This document shows positions 22,912 through 43,053 of a DNA stretch of 64,000 bases, piece by piece. The position numbers were made by a program, and so were the translations under genes. Source of the stretch: Heptranchias perlo (Eukaryota); assembly GCF_035084215.1 (NCBI RefSeq), contig NC_090359.1, forward strand, positions 14,322,001 through 14,386,000, written 5' to 3'. The notes under the pieces are model-generated. The model was not told the DNA's origin and ran no database searches. It saw only the letters and a list, made by a program, of their open reading frames with translations. Within the stretch, counting starts at the first letter, position 1. Each line of letters starts with the position of its first letter.

Positions 22912-24730
22912 GGTGGGTCAGTGGCGGGTGGAGTCCCTGCCGGAGGAGCTCAGGCCTTTCGCCTGGAGTACCACGCACCTCCGGTACCTGGGAGTCGACC
23001 TCGGCCCTGCCGAGGAAGCCTGGCCGGCGAACTGGGAAGAGCTGGAGGCCAAGGTCGCCGCTCGCCTGGCGCGCTGGACAGGACTGCTCCGAGTGTTATC
23101 CTACAGGGGTCGAGTGCTGGTCATAAACCAGCTGGTGGCCGCCATGTTGTGGTACCGGTTGGTCACTTTGACCCCACCCCCCGAGTTTGTCGCCAAGATT
23201 CAGAGGAAGTTCGTCGACTTCTTCTGGGCCAGACGGATACACTGGGTCGCTGCTGCGGTACTGATTCTCCCGCTTAGGGAGGGCGGTCAGGGGCTGGTGT
23301 GCGTCCGCACCCAGGTGGCAACTTTCCGCCTTCGGACGCTGCGGCGATACCTGTACGTTGAGCGTCCTCTTAGATGGCGTGCGCTGGCGACGTATTTTTT
23401 CCGCCAGCTGCACGGCCTGAACTACGACACGCAGCTCCTGTTCGTCTCGCTGGTGGGCGGCCGCACGTCTTTGCGGGAGCTGCCTGTCTTTTACCAGGAT
23501 CTGCTCAGGGTCTGGAACATGGTCGCCTCCGGTCGGAGCTCTCGCCCGTCAGGGGTAGCGGCTGTCCTGCAGGAGCCGCTGCTCGGGAATCCGTTCCTCC
23601 GCGATATCGGCTTCGGCCGCTCGCGGCTGTCGGTGCGGAGGGCCGTGGCCGGTCGGGTGACCAGAGTCAGGGACGTCCTGGATGGCGGTGGGTCGGGTTG
23701 GTTGGAGCCGTGGGCGCTCGCCGCACGGATGTCCTCGTGGCGTGCCGGGGACGCGGCCATCGCCATCCGGGCGTTGAAATCGGCGCTCGGCCCTGACTCC
23801 ACTCGGGATGTGGAGGCGGCTCAGGCGTGCGGAGCCATCCCGTCCGACCTGACCCCCGTTCGGACGGAGTTCCTCCTCGGCGCCAAACCCCGGAACCTCC
23901 CTCGGGGGGCCGCGCCTCACAACTTGAGCCGTCTCTTGGAAATTCCCTCCGTGCCGTTTCTCACCGCGCGGAGGGATTTCCTGTACGGGCTGCTCCTGCA
24001 CACCATCCACTTCCTCGCCCTCGTCTCTCGGCCGGACACGCCCTGGCGTAACATCCTGCCGTCCGGCGGAGACGGGTGTTCCCAGTGGGGGGCTCTCTAC
24101 TCAGGGATCCTCCCGTGTTCCATCGGGGATCTGGGGTGGAGAGTGTTGCACGGAGCCGTCGCGTGCAACCGGCGGTTACGCCATTTCACGGAACCCAGGC
24201 CGCTTGTGATTTCTGCGGCCTGGAGGAGTCCGTGTTCCATCTGTACACTGGGTGTGCGAGACTGCAGCCCCTGTTTGATTATTTGAAGGGGCTGCTCCTC
24301 AAGTTCTGGCTGCATTTCAATCCCACGCTCCTGATCTTTGGCCGCACGGTGAGGAGGGGAGCGGGCAGGTCGGTGGACGTCCTCGTGGGCCTGCTCCTGG
24401 GCCTGTCCAAGGTGGCCATCCACAGGTCTAGGATGATCGTGGTCCGTGGGGGCGGTCGCTCGGCCTGTCTGCCTCTCTTCCGCGGAATGCTCCGCGCCCG
24501 GGTGGCCCTGGAGATGGAGCACGCGGTGTCTGCCGGTACGCTCGAGGCTTTCCACGACCGGTGGGCACCGCAGGGGCTGGAGTGTATCCTGGACGAGGAG
24601 AATAAAATTTTAATTTGAACACTTGGTTTTGGTTTGTTTGGTTTTAGTATTTAAGCACACACCACACCCCCCTTCTTATAAAAGGGGGGCCTAACAAAAT
24701 AAAAAAAAAGAAAAAAGGAAAAAAAAAATC
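22912..24730 (+). mobile_element. 5'-truncated Tx1-clade LINE (late RT/thumb to C-terminal zinc finger, 3'UTR, tail)
   Basis: HLRYLGV, LSYRGRVLVINQLVAAMLWY, LPLREGGQGLVC, CDFCGLEESVFHLYTGC; one frameshift near 24190; stop at 24618. Confidence 0.92.
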
Positions 24731-25191
24731 TGAAAGTGAAAAAAAAAATTTAAAAAAAAATCGGAAAGTTTCTCTTTGTTTCAATCTCTTGGAATCATAA
24801 CTTTGAATTATTTGATAATAATTTGATATTTTCACTGAAGTGGCTCTTCATAATCTGGTCAAGTTTATTACTTGTTGGTGATTGTGATGTTGAGACAATA
24901 TTCAAAGCAATCAAGTTGTCTTGAGTGAATTTGCAAACCATCCATTGGTCAGAGAAATGGAAATTCCATCCCATGGATGGTGTGAATCGTCCCCAGTTCT
25001 AATATAGAGAATGGGTGTGTCTGAGGATTGGCAGCATGGGGGCATCAACTGGGCAAAGCATTGTGGGATGCATCATTTTTAGTTTTGATTCTCATGAAAT
25101 GTTGTTTGGTAAAATTCAGGATATTCAGCGAGAATGAGAGGCAGTGAAGATTACTGAATGCAATGTCACCCACACAAACATCTCCATTTGT

Positions 25192-25562
25192 GTCAGCTGT
25201 GGCTCAGTGGCAGCACTCTCACCTCAGAGTCAGAAGGTTGTGGGTTCAAGTCATCATCTCGAGACTTGAGCACATAATCTAGGCTGACTAAGGGAGTGCT
25301 GTACTGTCGGAGGTGCCGTCTTTTGGATGTGATATTAAATCGAGGCCTCATCTGCTCTCTCAGGTGGACGTAAAATATCCCACAGCACTATTTCGAGGAA
25401 GAGCAGCGGAGTTCTCCCCAATATCTGGACCAATATTTATCCCTCAACTAACATCACTAAAACAGATTATCAGGTCAATATTTCATTGCTGTTTTTGGGT
25501 CCTTGCTGGAGGCAAATTGACTGCCGCATTTCTTACCTTACAACAGTGACTACACCTCAAAG
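25192..25562 (+). mobile_element. SacSINE1/DeuSINE-like tRNA-headed SINE
   Basis: Head GTCAGCTGTGGCTCAGTGGCAGCACTCTC...GGTTGTGGGTTCAAGTC with A and B boxes, followed by a Deu-domain-like body. Confidence 0.8.
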
Positions 25563-27350
25563 GTGCGAACTATGCAGCAGTCAAAGCTACCAGATAATCC
25601 ACACTGACTCGTAAAATTATGGCTCAACAACGTATGAAATGTGGTGACATTGATATCCCAAAAGTGCCTTTAGAGATCATAATATCCAACTATTACAGCA
25701 CAGAAAGAAGCCATTCAGCCCATTGTGTCTATGCTGCCTCCTTGAAAGAGCTATCCAATTAGTCCCACTCCCCTGCTCTTTCCCCCTTCAAGTATTTATC
25801 CAATTTCCTTTTGAAAGTTATTAAATCTGCTTCCACCACCCGATGAGGCAATGCATTCCAGATCAGAACACTGAAAAAAGTTTCGTGTCACTTCTGGTTC
25901 TTTTACCAATCACCTTAAATCTGTGTTTGCTGGTTACTAACCGGTCTGCTACTGGAATCAGTTTCCCCTTATTTACTCAATCAATATAAAGATATTAACA
26001 TGGACTGACTGAAGACGGCAATTCTATCACACCCAGTGCAAGTCACAAGTTCCTAAACTTCACTTGGAAACACTGGATAATTACAGCTACAGCATCAACA
26101 TTTGAATCCATTCATAGGGGTGAAGGAGATGAATGGAGAACCCATAGGATTTGGAAAGGTTGATTACAATTTGGTATGGAACGCACAATAGGACTATAGG
26201 CAAATCGACACATTTATGGAGGAGCTGATTGTATTGTGTTTATGAATTGATGGCATTGGGATGTGGAGTTTCAGGCAAAATATCTATTTAACTTGGTTTA
26301 AATGAAATGGTGATCCAGTAGAATTTAGAATTGCAATCTAGTATTAACTGCACAATGGGATAAATACAAATTGATAGATTTATGGATGAGCTGCTTATAT
26401 TGGGTTTATGAATTGATGGAACAGTAGTGGTATGGAAGAGTTTAGGAGCCTTATCTATTCAACTTAATGGTTCAAGTTAGTTGTTTAGTGCATTTACTAC
26501 ATCTCCCAGAAGGAAGATTTTGTTTGCTGGAGTTTAGTTCGAGGTATTTTTTCTGTACCATACCCAATTTATTATTCATGGGGGAGATTAACAGGGGGTT
26601 GGGGGGCAGAAGATGAAAATGAAGGGAAATAGACAAACAGGGAACCTGCACTCCCCCATATGAGACCTATTTGACTCCAAACAAACAGTTTATTAGGAGT
26701 AATAGTGAGTGATTTCATAAGCTACCCCAACTACCGACTGAGGTCTGTAGCATCTTTGAAAAAAAAGCATCTGGATTGTTCTTCCCCAGGCAGATACTAT
26801 TCTTAAAAAAATTGCCTATTGGACTGAAATTACTAGTTCACTTTCCTTGTGTTTTATTGGAACAAAATGTTACAGCAGCTGATTTTGCATCATTAATGAG
26901 TTAAACAGTTGATAATATGCAGTACTAATAGGAACAGTAACTCATTACTGTATTGTTCTTTGCATTGAAATCAGCAGTAATCATTTTACTGCATAAATAC
27001 AATTTACACTCAAGGCAGACACATTGGCCCTCAACACCCAAGTCACTACATTGATATGACCCCAGAAGAAAAAATGTCATGGGCAGAATCTCACCCGAAA
27101 GCCAATACATAGCCCAATGTAATTTGTTACAACAGCTGAATTATGTTAATCTGAAAAATAAGCAATCACTCAATTTACAAGGAGCCAAAACCCAGTCTTC
27201 TGTAACAGTTTATTTCCAGTTACTATTACATTTCACATCAAGAGCCCAGGTCTCACAGCTCTTAGTACAAAGTCACCATTGCTACAGGATAGGGGTTCTT
27301 CAGACTATAAACAGGAGTACTGAACAATAAGCTTTATCCCTGCAGTCAGT

Positions 27351-29904
<2,554 letters not shown>

Positions 29905-29974
29905 CTTTAAATTAACTTTAACAAAACTAAACAACTCTATTGAAGCAAGAAACTGAAAAACAGCCACCCAAAGC

Positions 29975-30200
29975 TCCATATTTATACTGCTGGTTAATCC
30001 TGGGCGTGGCAGCCTAGATGATGAGTGACAGTTGGCAATACCCAATCAGAAATTACATCCTCTCTCAGAACACCAATCAAGAAAAGGGAGGAGGGGAGAT
30101 GACACCCAGAGCCAGTCAGAACTTTGAAGGAGGAGCATCATTGGCTGACAATTCAATAAAGATCCAATTGCTTTGACTTTCCTCAAACTGTAAAATCTGT
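29975..30200 (-). promoter_or_regulatory. Ferritin-1 promoter (TATA plus CCAAT boxes)
   Basis: TATAAA at 29981-29986 (minus); CCAATC at ~30042 and ~30073; ATTGG at ~30140. Confidence 0.7.
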
Positions 30201-30412
30201 TTCCGTGACCGGTGGGCACCGCAGGGACTGGAGTGCATCCTGGATCGATGTAATAAAATTATAATTTGACACTTATTTTGGGTTTATTGATTTATTGCAC
30301 ATAAACACAACCAAACCCCCCTCCCCTTCTTATAAAAGGGGGGCCTAAAACACAAAAAAAGGAAAAGCAAAAAAACCATGGCTGCTCTTCCATCCCACAC
30401 TCCAAAGAAAAA
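30200..30412 (+). mobile_element. Tx1 3' fragment with 8-bp TSD and a short extra 3' segment
   Basis: Starts TTCCGTGACCGGTGGGCACCGCAGGG; same 3'UTR as other copies; TSD AAAATCTG at 30192-30199 and 30413-30420. Confidence 0.85.
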
Positions 30413-30665
30413 AAAATCTGATCGTGACCATATTCTTGACCATAATCGACCTTTCTTTGATGGACCAATAAGGGAGACTCTGGGTTGCCCCAGGATCACC
30501 AAACATAAACCATCACAAGTGGCCCTCTCAGGGCACCACTAATATTGGATGGTCCAATCAAACTGAAAAGATACCAAAATAAGCATCAAGTGCCACCAAA
30601 AACAACAGGATACTTTCCCAATTAAATCAGGATTCTATTATTGATGTCTGAAAGACAGTCTATAC

Positions 30666-30744
30666 CCTACGGTGCCCAGCGGTCGCGGAAGGCATCAAGC
30701 GTAACGGTGGACACCACATGCTCCCTCTCCGGGGCCACCCGGGC
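30666..30744 (-). mobile_element. Diverged Tx1 ORF2 C-terminal fragment
   Basis: ARVAPEREHVVSTVTLDAFRDRWAP on the minus strand. Confidence 0.75.
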
Positions 30745-32742
30745 ACTTGACCATAATGGACCAAATTGTCAATTGGTGGATCTGCCCCCATCCCATCGGT
30801 TATGGTCACTGATCGTGACGGTTCAAAGATCCAGAACCACAGGTTTAATTGTTGTTTGCGGGTCAGTGTCTTTGAATAATTCTGGATGGATCCGTGAGTT
30901 GGTTATTTGGCAAGTAGCTGCGGGTTTGAGGCAACATCCAAACAGATCAGAGCCTGTGAACAACAACCAACAGCGAGTCAGGCGAATGGAAAGTGGGTGT
31001 GATGAACGTGTTAAACACAAGTCCTTCAATACTCCATCAATTCTAGGGTCAGTGAGCATCTGTACACACATCGGCTGGAAAGTGAAGGGGGCCACGGCAT
31101 GTTGAGTTCTTGTTTTGTCATCATGACATTTTACAAACAATAAAATGCAGAGCACTCCACGGGGAAGAGACTGTGGACCATTGACTGAAGGGATTTGGGC
31201 GGGGGGTGTTTGGTGTTGGGAGGGATTGCGGTGAGAGGCAAACACTATGTGTAGTGTGTTGGTTGTATATACAGTGAGCGACAGTGGTGAACAGACTATC
31301 TGGTATTTCCTGGGTTTGGTAATCCCTTGTTTCAATGATTAATCTCTTGTACTTTTTGGACAGTCAAACACCAAGTGGAAAGAGTCAAGTGGTGAATTTT
31401 CTCATTAGAAAGGGGAGTTACTGATATTTCCCTAAATCCGGTCAGGGAAGGATGGGGCTCCATGGATATTTTGTGTTCCAGATCACATCAGAATACTGTC
31501 GGATCAACAACAAACAGCAGGCTAAAAAAAAATATCAAAGGTGGAACCTAGTGAAGGAAAGATGAAGCAACGAAAAGTGGGGTCGATGGACTGATCTGAT
31601 CATATGATCCCTGTGTGAGAATAACCTGAACATCACTGGTGCAAACTCAGTTAAAGCTTTGAACAGACCAAGTAGTTGGTGGTTTAGCCTTTAATTAGAT
31701 GGCTCTATTCTCCAACTCTTCAGTAGAATTATAAGTGGCAGTTTTGGCAATTGGGATCGAGTGTTATTTGGTTCCAGGCCACATAAGATTACACAAAGAT
31801 TGTATTCGCAAGGAGAGGGGAATGGGGCAAGAACTGTTTAATGAAACAGAATCCAGCAAGGGAAACTTCGAGGGACTCTTAGATTTGCAACAGCAAATGG
31901 AAGTATTTTAGAGGCTATGGGGTCCAGGATATAAAAGGTGCATGAGGTGAACAGAGACTGGAAAATAAAAATTGAGATTGAAACAAATAGCAGGAGCTGG
32001 ACCCAAGTTCTGCACAGGAAGAAAAAGATGGGCTGAAGAGAAGGAGGAAAGAGCCAGGTAACCCTAGCAGGAACAATTGGAGATTTGGTCTTACTTTGCT
32101 CCAGGATTTTTGTAACTACTTAAATTTGAATACCTGCTTCAGGGAACACTTCCCTCATGTCCTACAATGGACAAGTCAGCAGCAATGTGTGGGGTTGTTT
32201 ATTCAGGAGGTTAACTACTGTAATCACCATTGATGCCCACATCCCATGAACGAATAGTAATAAAAAAATGCACACCCTCCTAAAGGGATTCAAGCCTATG
32301 TGGAGGAAGAGGTCTTACTGTAATCAGATTACACTTTAATCTCTACTACAGAACACCAAATATTGAAAGCTGTTAGGTACAAATCTAATTTTGGCCTGAT
32401 GGCCATCCTAGGCTGCTACAAAACCAAATTAAGCCTTCTGGAGGGGAAGGGGTTAAAACATCCATGTGCCCAAACAAATCAGATTTTATCACGGTGACAA
32501 CCTATTTCTTAGAATTTTTTTTGTTTGACGCAAGGCCACGTGCATTGGTGTTAGAATGTGCTCAATTACTGAAGAAAAGGAACCAGTTCAACATCAAAAT
32601 GTTTTATTTCAGCTGCAAGAACACTCAACTACAATGTTTGGAAGTTAATCTTAGACTTTGAATTCCATTCCCAGGTCAGAGAGATGGCAACATAAAACTT
32701 CAATACACAAGTTGAATATCTGCAACATGGACAACAGTCCAG

Positions 32743-34967
<2,225 letters not shown>

Positions 34968-35044
34968 CTTAACTTTTACGGTTAACAGAAACCTCACTTC
35001 AAACACCACTGCATGAAACAACCTAACCTCTTCCCTCACAAGCT

Positions 35045-35355
35045 CTTGTATTTATACTACTGGGACAGCCTGCATTTACACAGGGTATGACATCACCAAT
35101 GATGATTGACAATCCCTGATAGCCAATCAGGAATCTTCCATGAATCCAGGCACCAATTAACAAAGGAGAGAGGGGGCGAGTTGATTCCCAGAGCCAATCA
35201 GAGCTTTGGAATACAGGCAGGATTGGATGATTATTCTGTGATGTCATTGCTGTTGTTTTCCTCAAAGGACTGATCGGCTCCTTGGATCCAACAATGGCCT
35301 CCAATGTCATCCCAGTTATTGAGTCCTCAAACTGAATCTGATAACATCTCTGTTC
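35045..35355 (-). promoter_or_regulatory. Ferritin-2 promoter (TATA plus multiple CCAAT/Y-box motifs)
   Basis: TATAAA at 35051-35056; CTGATTGGCTAT (minus, 35119-35130) and further CCAAT motifs; aligns to the ferritin-3 promoter. Confidence 0.7.
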
Positions 35356-37190
35356 CCAGAATCAGAGCTTCACAACATATATCAAAGAGATCGATGAGTT
35401 TACAAATGGAAATCCCATCCCGTAGATGGTGTCGAGCACATTTGGTTCTGAGTTATCCTGTCTCTTGGACAATTGATGGGCATCTTGGTGTGTCCTGAAA
35501 GAGTCCGTTATACCCAGATTCACAATGTTGATCACCGCAATAGATTGAAGGAGACTGACCTTCACCAGACAGTCCGCAGTGAGTCCGCAAACCAACCGAC
35601 AACGAGTCGGGGAAATGGAAATTGGATCAGTTGGGATCGTCAAACAGAACTCTGTTGCTCCATCACTGTAAAGTGCGATGTGGAGTTTTATCCCCATGAA
35701 ATTTAGAACCTGTAAAGTCCAGTGTTTAGTTTGCACTGTTTATTCATCTCCTGCAAATCTCGAGTCTGTTGTGAGGAAAGGTTTTATATCTGATATGTCA
35801 ACTGTCTCCTGTTTTCAAGACCAATGTTGCCTGATCTGGTGAGTATGTTCAGCATTTTCTGTGTGTTTGAGTTTTCCAGTATCTGCAGTATCTTGTCCCT
35901 CTCCTGTTGTATCTCTGGTCCAACTATCAGGCATTGAATACAAGGATCACAAAGCCTCAAGAACAGAGAAGAGTGAATTGCATAAAACTTACACCAAAAC
36001 AGGCTGTTTGGCCCAACCAGTTCATGTTGGTGTTTATCTTTCACACAAGCAGTAGTCTTAATCCCATAGGCCTACCCTGTTATCCAGTCTTGCTTATACA
36101 GACATCCTCCATCCCCTGCGAGTCAAGCCAATGTTTAATTTGTAGGTAGTGTAACCATGTATAACAGATCCCTTTGTCTGCAACCTCAGTCCAAGAGAAT
36201 ATTTATGTAGTGGGCTCACAAACTTTATGGTTTCATTTCTGATACCTTCAGGAAAAAAAAATCACACTATTTGTGGGTTAAGGGCAGTGTTTTTGTACAA
36301 GTTGTGGTAGTTAGAAAGAATACATGAAGTATGGAAGATAATGTACAGTAACTATTGGATTACAATTAACTTGTGGCTCCATTTAACAGTTAGTAATGCA
36401 ATGATCAAAAGGAAGGCAGTTTAAGTTGTTGGGTGATAGAAATGAAATCAAATGATTCCTCTACCAGCACAGGTTACCCAACAACAAACACCACAGGACA
36501 GACTGCAGTTTGGTGTTTTCTGCAAACAGCTGGTTTACTCAAACACAAAGAATGGGCAAATATTGCCCTGGATGAGGGAACGTTAAACAGGACAGTCTGA
36601 CCAAAGGAAGACTCTAGGGTTGTCAACAGTATACTTTGTACAGGCCACAACTCGAGCAACCTAGTGAGTGACTTATGGCATTAGACTACAGCAAAATTGC
36701 AGGGATCCCCTCCCTTGTCCTGACATATTCATCTTTCTCCAGCCACACCTCCCCTTTTGTTGTTTTAAAGCACGACATATTGATGTTGTCTTGCTTGCAG
36801 ATGTTATGAAAACCCCTTTTCTGCAGGAATTGTTTACTGAGATTGTAGTTGTAGAAATTATGTATTTCAGGCATCCCAGTAACAATTTGGAGATGTGATC
36901 ATAACCATCCTGGATTGGCACAGAGTCAAGTCAGGAAGCTGGACCAGGAGGGGTTTTTATATTTTTACACCTGGAGAAAGTTCTAACTTGGATCATAAGT
37001 TCCTCAGCTGGGTGTGGTGCAGTGGGTAGCTTTGTGATCTGGATAATCAGATCAGATACTTAATTATACAACAAAGACAAACCAGTTTGATGAATAGCTT
37101 TTATTGCCATGTACAACAGGTGAGAAAACTGGAAAATAACCACAAGCAAAGCATTCACCAAGTATAGAACTAATGGTTATAGAATCCCAG

Positions 37191-39922
<2,732 letters not shown>

Positions 39923-39994
39923 TTTAACTTTTACTATTAACCACAATCACACTTCAAACTGCAAAAACAACCTAACCTCTTCCCCCACAAGCTC

Positions 39995-40245
39995 TTGTAT
40001 TTATACTACTGGGACAGCCTGCCTGAAAACAGGGTATAAGATCACCAATGATGATTGACAATCCCTGACAACCACTCAGGAATCGTCCATGAATCCAGGC
40101 ACCAATTAACAAAGGACAGAAGGTGGGGTGTGATTCCCAGAACCAATCAGAGCTTTGGAATACAGGTGGGATTGGAGAATTATTCTGTGATGCCATTGCT
40201 GTTGGTTTCTTTGACTTTCCTCAAACGGAATCTGATCACATCTCT
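39995..40245 (-). promoter_or_regulatory. Ferritin-3 promoter
   Basis: TATAAA at 40000-40005; CCAAT cluster homologous to the ferritin-2 promoter up to CATCTCTGTT. Confidence 0.7.
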
Positions 40246-40980
40246 GTTGGGTTGTCTTTGAGACACACCAGCTCGGCATTGGAGGTGTTTGTGGCTGAAC
40301 TGCCACTGAGTGGAGAGCAGAGAGAGCAGAGAGAGCAGGCCCTTGCCCGGGTCCCTCTGAGTCAAGGAGAAGGAGAAGGAGAAACCACCATCAACAAGGA
40401 GGGAGGGAGGGAGAAGGAGAATACGACCAAACAGCAGCCGGGAGGGGTTGTGCTGCTGCTGCTGCTGGTTTGCGACACCGAACAGAGGGAGGAAGAGGAG
40501 GTCGGTGCAGTGAGGTGCGTCGGCTGAAGGTAGTGGGAGGAAGAAGACCTTAGAGGACAGGGGTCCCCCCCCAAGTGTCTGGCCCAGGACAGCTGGAGCT
40601 GCCTGGGTGAAGTTACTTTTTCAATCTTTGGAGGACTGAGCCTGGGCAGCTCCAGCTGTCTAGGGGAAGACATCTCCTCCCCCTGCCCACTGGAAGACAG
40701 ACAGAAGAAGATCCACCTTTTAAGGTGCAACCCCGCCCCACTTCCACCCACTTCTGCAGCAGCCTCCCCCTGCAGACTCCCTCCTTCCCATTCCACCATT
40801 AATCCCTCCCACCTTCTCTTGCTCTCCCGGATATTCTGGGGGAAAATAAAACCAGCAAAGGGGCCCCTCTCCCAACCAAGCTCTGGGATTCGGGGAGAGA
40901 GGTTTCCTCAGGGCTTCTTTTAAAAAGGCCTAAATTCATCAGTAGGCCCGAGACTTGGGGTGGGTGTGGCTCCTGAAGTC

Positions 40981-43023
40981 ATGGCTTCACCATCTTCGCC
41001 GGTGCCGGGACCCAGCAGGACGTATGCGGCGGTTACCTCGGGGGCCGCTCCTACAGTTCGTGCCGCTCCTGCTGGGCCGGCGCCTTTCCGCCTCATTACA
41101 AGGAAGCATGGGGTGAAGAGCTACGCCCACCCCAACATGACCATTGAGGCCTGCGTTAAGGCCATGGCCGAGGTTGTCGGCCCCTCGGCCAACGTCGCGG
41201 CCTCGAAAATGTACGGGAGGGCGGTGTTCTTCCTGAGGTCCGAGCGGGCGGTGTCCCTGGCCCTTAGTAAGGGGCTCACGGTGGGCGGGACCTTCCTGCC
41301 GGTGGACCCGCTGGAGGCCACCGCGCAGCGGGTCATTTTATCTAACGTCCCGCCTTTTCTGTCGGACGAGCTCCTCCTCCCCCACCTACGTCAACTGGGG
41401 GAGGTGAGGTCGGGGGTAACGCCGCTGCCGCTCGGACTCAGGGAGAACAGCCTCCGGCATGTTTACTCCTTCCGTCGCCAGGCATTCGTCAAGCTGGCAC
41501 GGGAGGAGGTTACAGAGGGGGGCTTTAACGCCCTCCACGAGGGGACCCCTTACCGCGTCTTTTGGACGGCAGAGGGTGGGCGGTGCCATGCCTGTAAGGA
41601 GGTGGGGCACCTGAAGAGGAACTGCCCTGCCTCTCAGGCCGCCAAAACAGCTACGGCGGCCGGGGCTGGCGCCGCCACCGCTCCTCCCCCCAACCCCGCC
41701 CCCGCGTCGGGACAGTCAACTGCGCGGGTGGAGGTTGGCGTCGAGGCCTCCGCCAGGGGGGAGGAGGGGAACCCTCGCCAGAGAAAGGCGCGGAGAAAGA
41801 GGAAGAATCTAGAGGCTGGTCCCCGGGACAGAGAAGATCTGAGTCAGCCCGAGGCCGTGACCGCGGCCAGTCAACATCTCGCGGTCGCGACAGAGCCTGG
41901 GCTGGCAGGTGATCAGGAGGGAGCGGAGGTGGGGGTCCCAGCAGACATGGAGTTCCCCCTCCCTCCGCGACCCCCCGGGAAGAAAAAGAGGCGCCACTCC
42001 CCGGAAGCGAACGGGCTCCCTGCTAAGGGACGGCCCCCCGTGGAAGGGGAGTCGGTGCCGGTCGCGGATCCTGCGGCCCCGCCCGTGACATCCGAACAGC
42101 GGCGGGGGTCATCTACCTCTCGGGGGGAGGAGATCGTGCCCGTGCCTCCCGGGGGGGATGGAGAGACCCTGCCGATAGGGGGGGTCGCGGATCCGCATTT
42201 ACCCGACACTACCCTGTTCACCGGGTCGGGCGTCCTGGGTGCCGGGGTGGGCGAGGCCGTTGCGGCCGAATTCGTCTGCCCCCGGCTCGACCTCTCCCAG
42301 GACCTGCTCGACCTGGTGGTGGGTTTTAACCAGAATATCTCACCGGCCGGGTCGGTCGCTGGCGACGTGGGTGGGGGGACCCCCTCCTCTCAGTCTCTGG
42401 GCTCGGAGCCGGGGGAGGTGGGAGAACTTGAGTACACGTTCTCCCCGGTTTCCCCGGGTTCCCCTTATATCCGGGTGCCGGTCTTTCACAGCTCGGAGGC
42501 TGGGGAGGGTCCCCGCCCGGCGCCGCCCTCTGACCCGGACCCCCCGGTGGAGCCCGGGGAGGACTCCTCTGCCGACGATCCTGGGGGTGGGATCGTGGCG
42601 GAGGCGGGGCCGGCCGGCGCGGCCGTCTCGTTCTCCGCGCTTTGTGCGGGGAGTGGGTCGGCCGCGGGCGACGATGACCCGGAGGAGGACGGGGACTCGG
42701 TGGTGGGCACTGGGGAGGATTTGGAGTTCGCCGCCAGTGAGGTGGTGGACGCCCTCGTGCCCGGCACCGAGTCTCCCCTCATCCCCGTTGAGGAACTCCG
42801 GGATTTTGCGTCCGGTTGGAGCCGTCGTCGCGATGGCGTCCGGCTGGCCCTCGACCGTTGGTCGGAGCCGGCGCAGTTAATCCGCTCGGTCCTGGCCGCC
42901 GTCGCGTCCGTGGCCGCGGAGGGGGACGGCGGCGGGGTCGGGCTGCGTCGGCTCAGATCCCTCCTCACCGGGCTCTTGAGGGAGTGGCGGTCGACTAGCG
43001 GCCCCGCTCCCTCCGCGCATTAG
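40981..43023 (+). CDS. Tx1 ORF1 protein (RNA-binding region, CCHC zinc knuckle, low-complexity tail), 680 aa
   Basis: ATG at 40981; VILSNVPPFLSDELL, VYSFRRQ, CHACKEVGHLKRNC. Confidence 0.88.
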   Translation: MASPSSPVPGPSRTYAAVTSGAAPTVRAAPAGPAPFRLITRKHGVKSYAHPNMTIEACVKAMAEVVGPSANVAASKMYGRAVFFLRSERAVSLALSKGLTVGGTFLPVDPLEATAQRVILSNVPPFLSDELLLPHLRQLGEVRSGVTPLPLGLRENSLRHVYSFRRQAFVKLAREEVTEGGFNALHEGTPYRVFWTAEGGRCHACKEVGHLKRNCPASQAAKTATAAGAGAATAPPPNPAPASGQSTARVEVGVEASARGEEGNPRQRKARRKRKNLEAGPRDREDLSQPEAVTAASQHLAVATEPGLAGDQEGAEVGVPADMEFPLPPRPPGKKKRRHSPEANGLPAKGRPPVEGESVPVADPAAPPVTSEQRRGSSTSRGEEIVPVPPGGDGETLPIGGVADPHLPDTTLFTGSGVLGAGVGEAVAAEFVCPRLDLSQDLLDLVVGFNQNISPAGSVAGDVGGGTPSSQSLGSEPGEVGELEYTFSPVSPGSPYIRVPVFHSSEAGEGPRPAPPSDPDPPVEPGEDSSADDPGGGIVAEAGPAGAAVSFSALCAGSGSAAGDDDPEEDGDSVVGTGEDLEFAASEVVDALVPGTESPLIPVEELRDFASGWSRRRDGVRLALDRWSEPAQLIRSVLAAVASVAAEGDGGGVGLRRLRSLLTGLLREWRSTSGPAPSAH

Positions 43024-43053
43024 TTTTTAGGTAGGTTGCGCTGTGCTCTTGCC

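Noticed and set aside
22637-24286. 549-aa ORF as a novel fusion gene
   Set aside because: The first ~90 codons are antisense Tx1 3' end read in frame by chance; the rest is truncated Tx1 ORF2.
26190-26470. Diverged ~170-bp direct duplication in the ZP3-ferritin spacer
   Set aside because: Real but only two degenerate copies, with no assignable function or coding signal.
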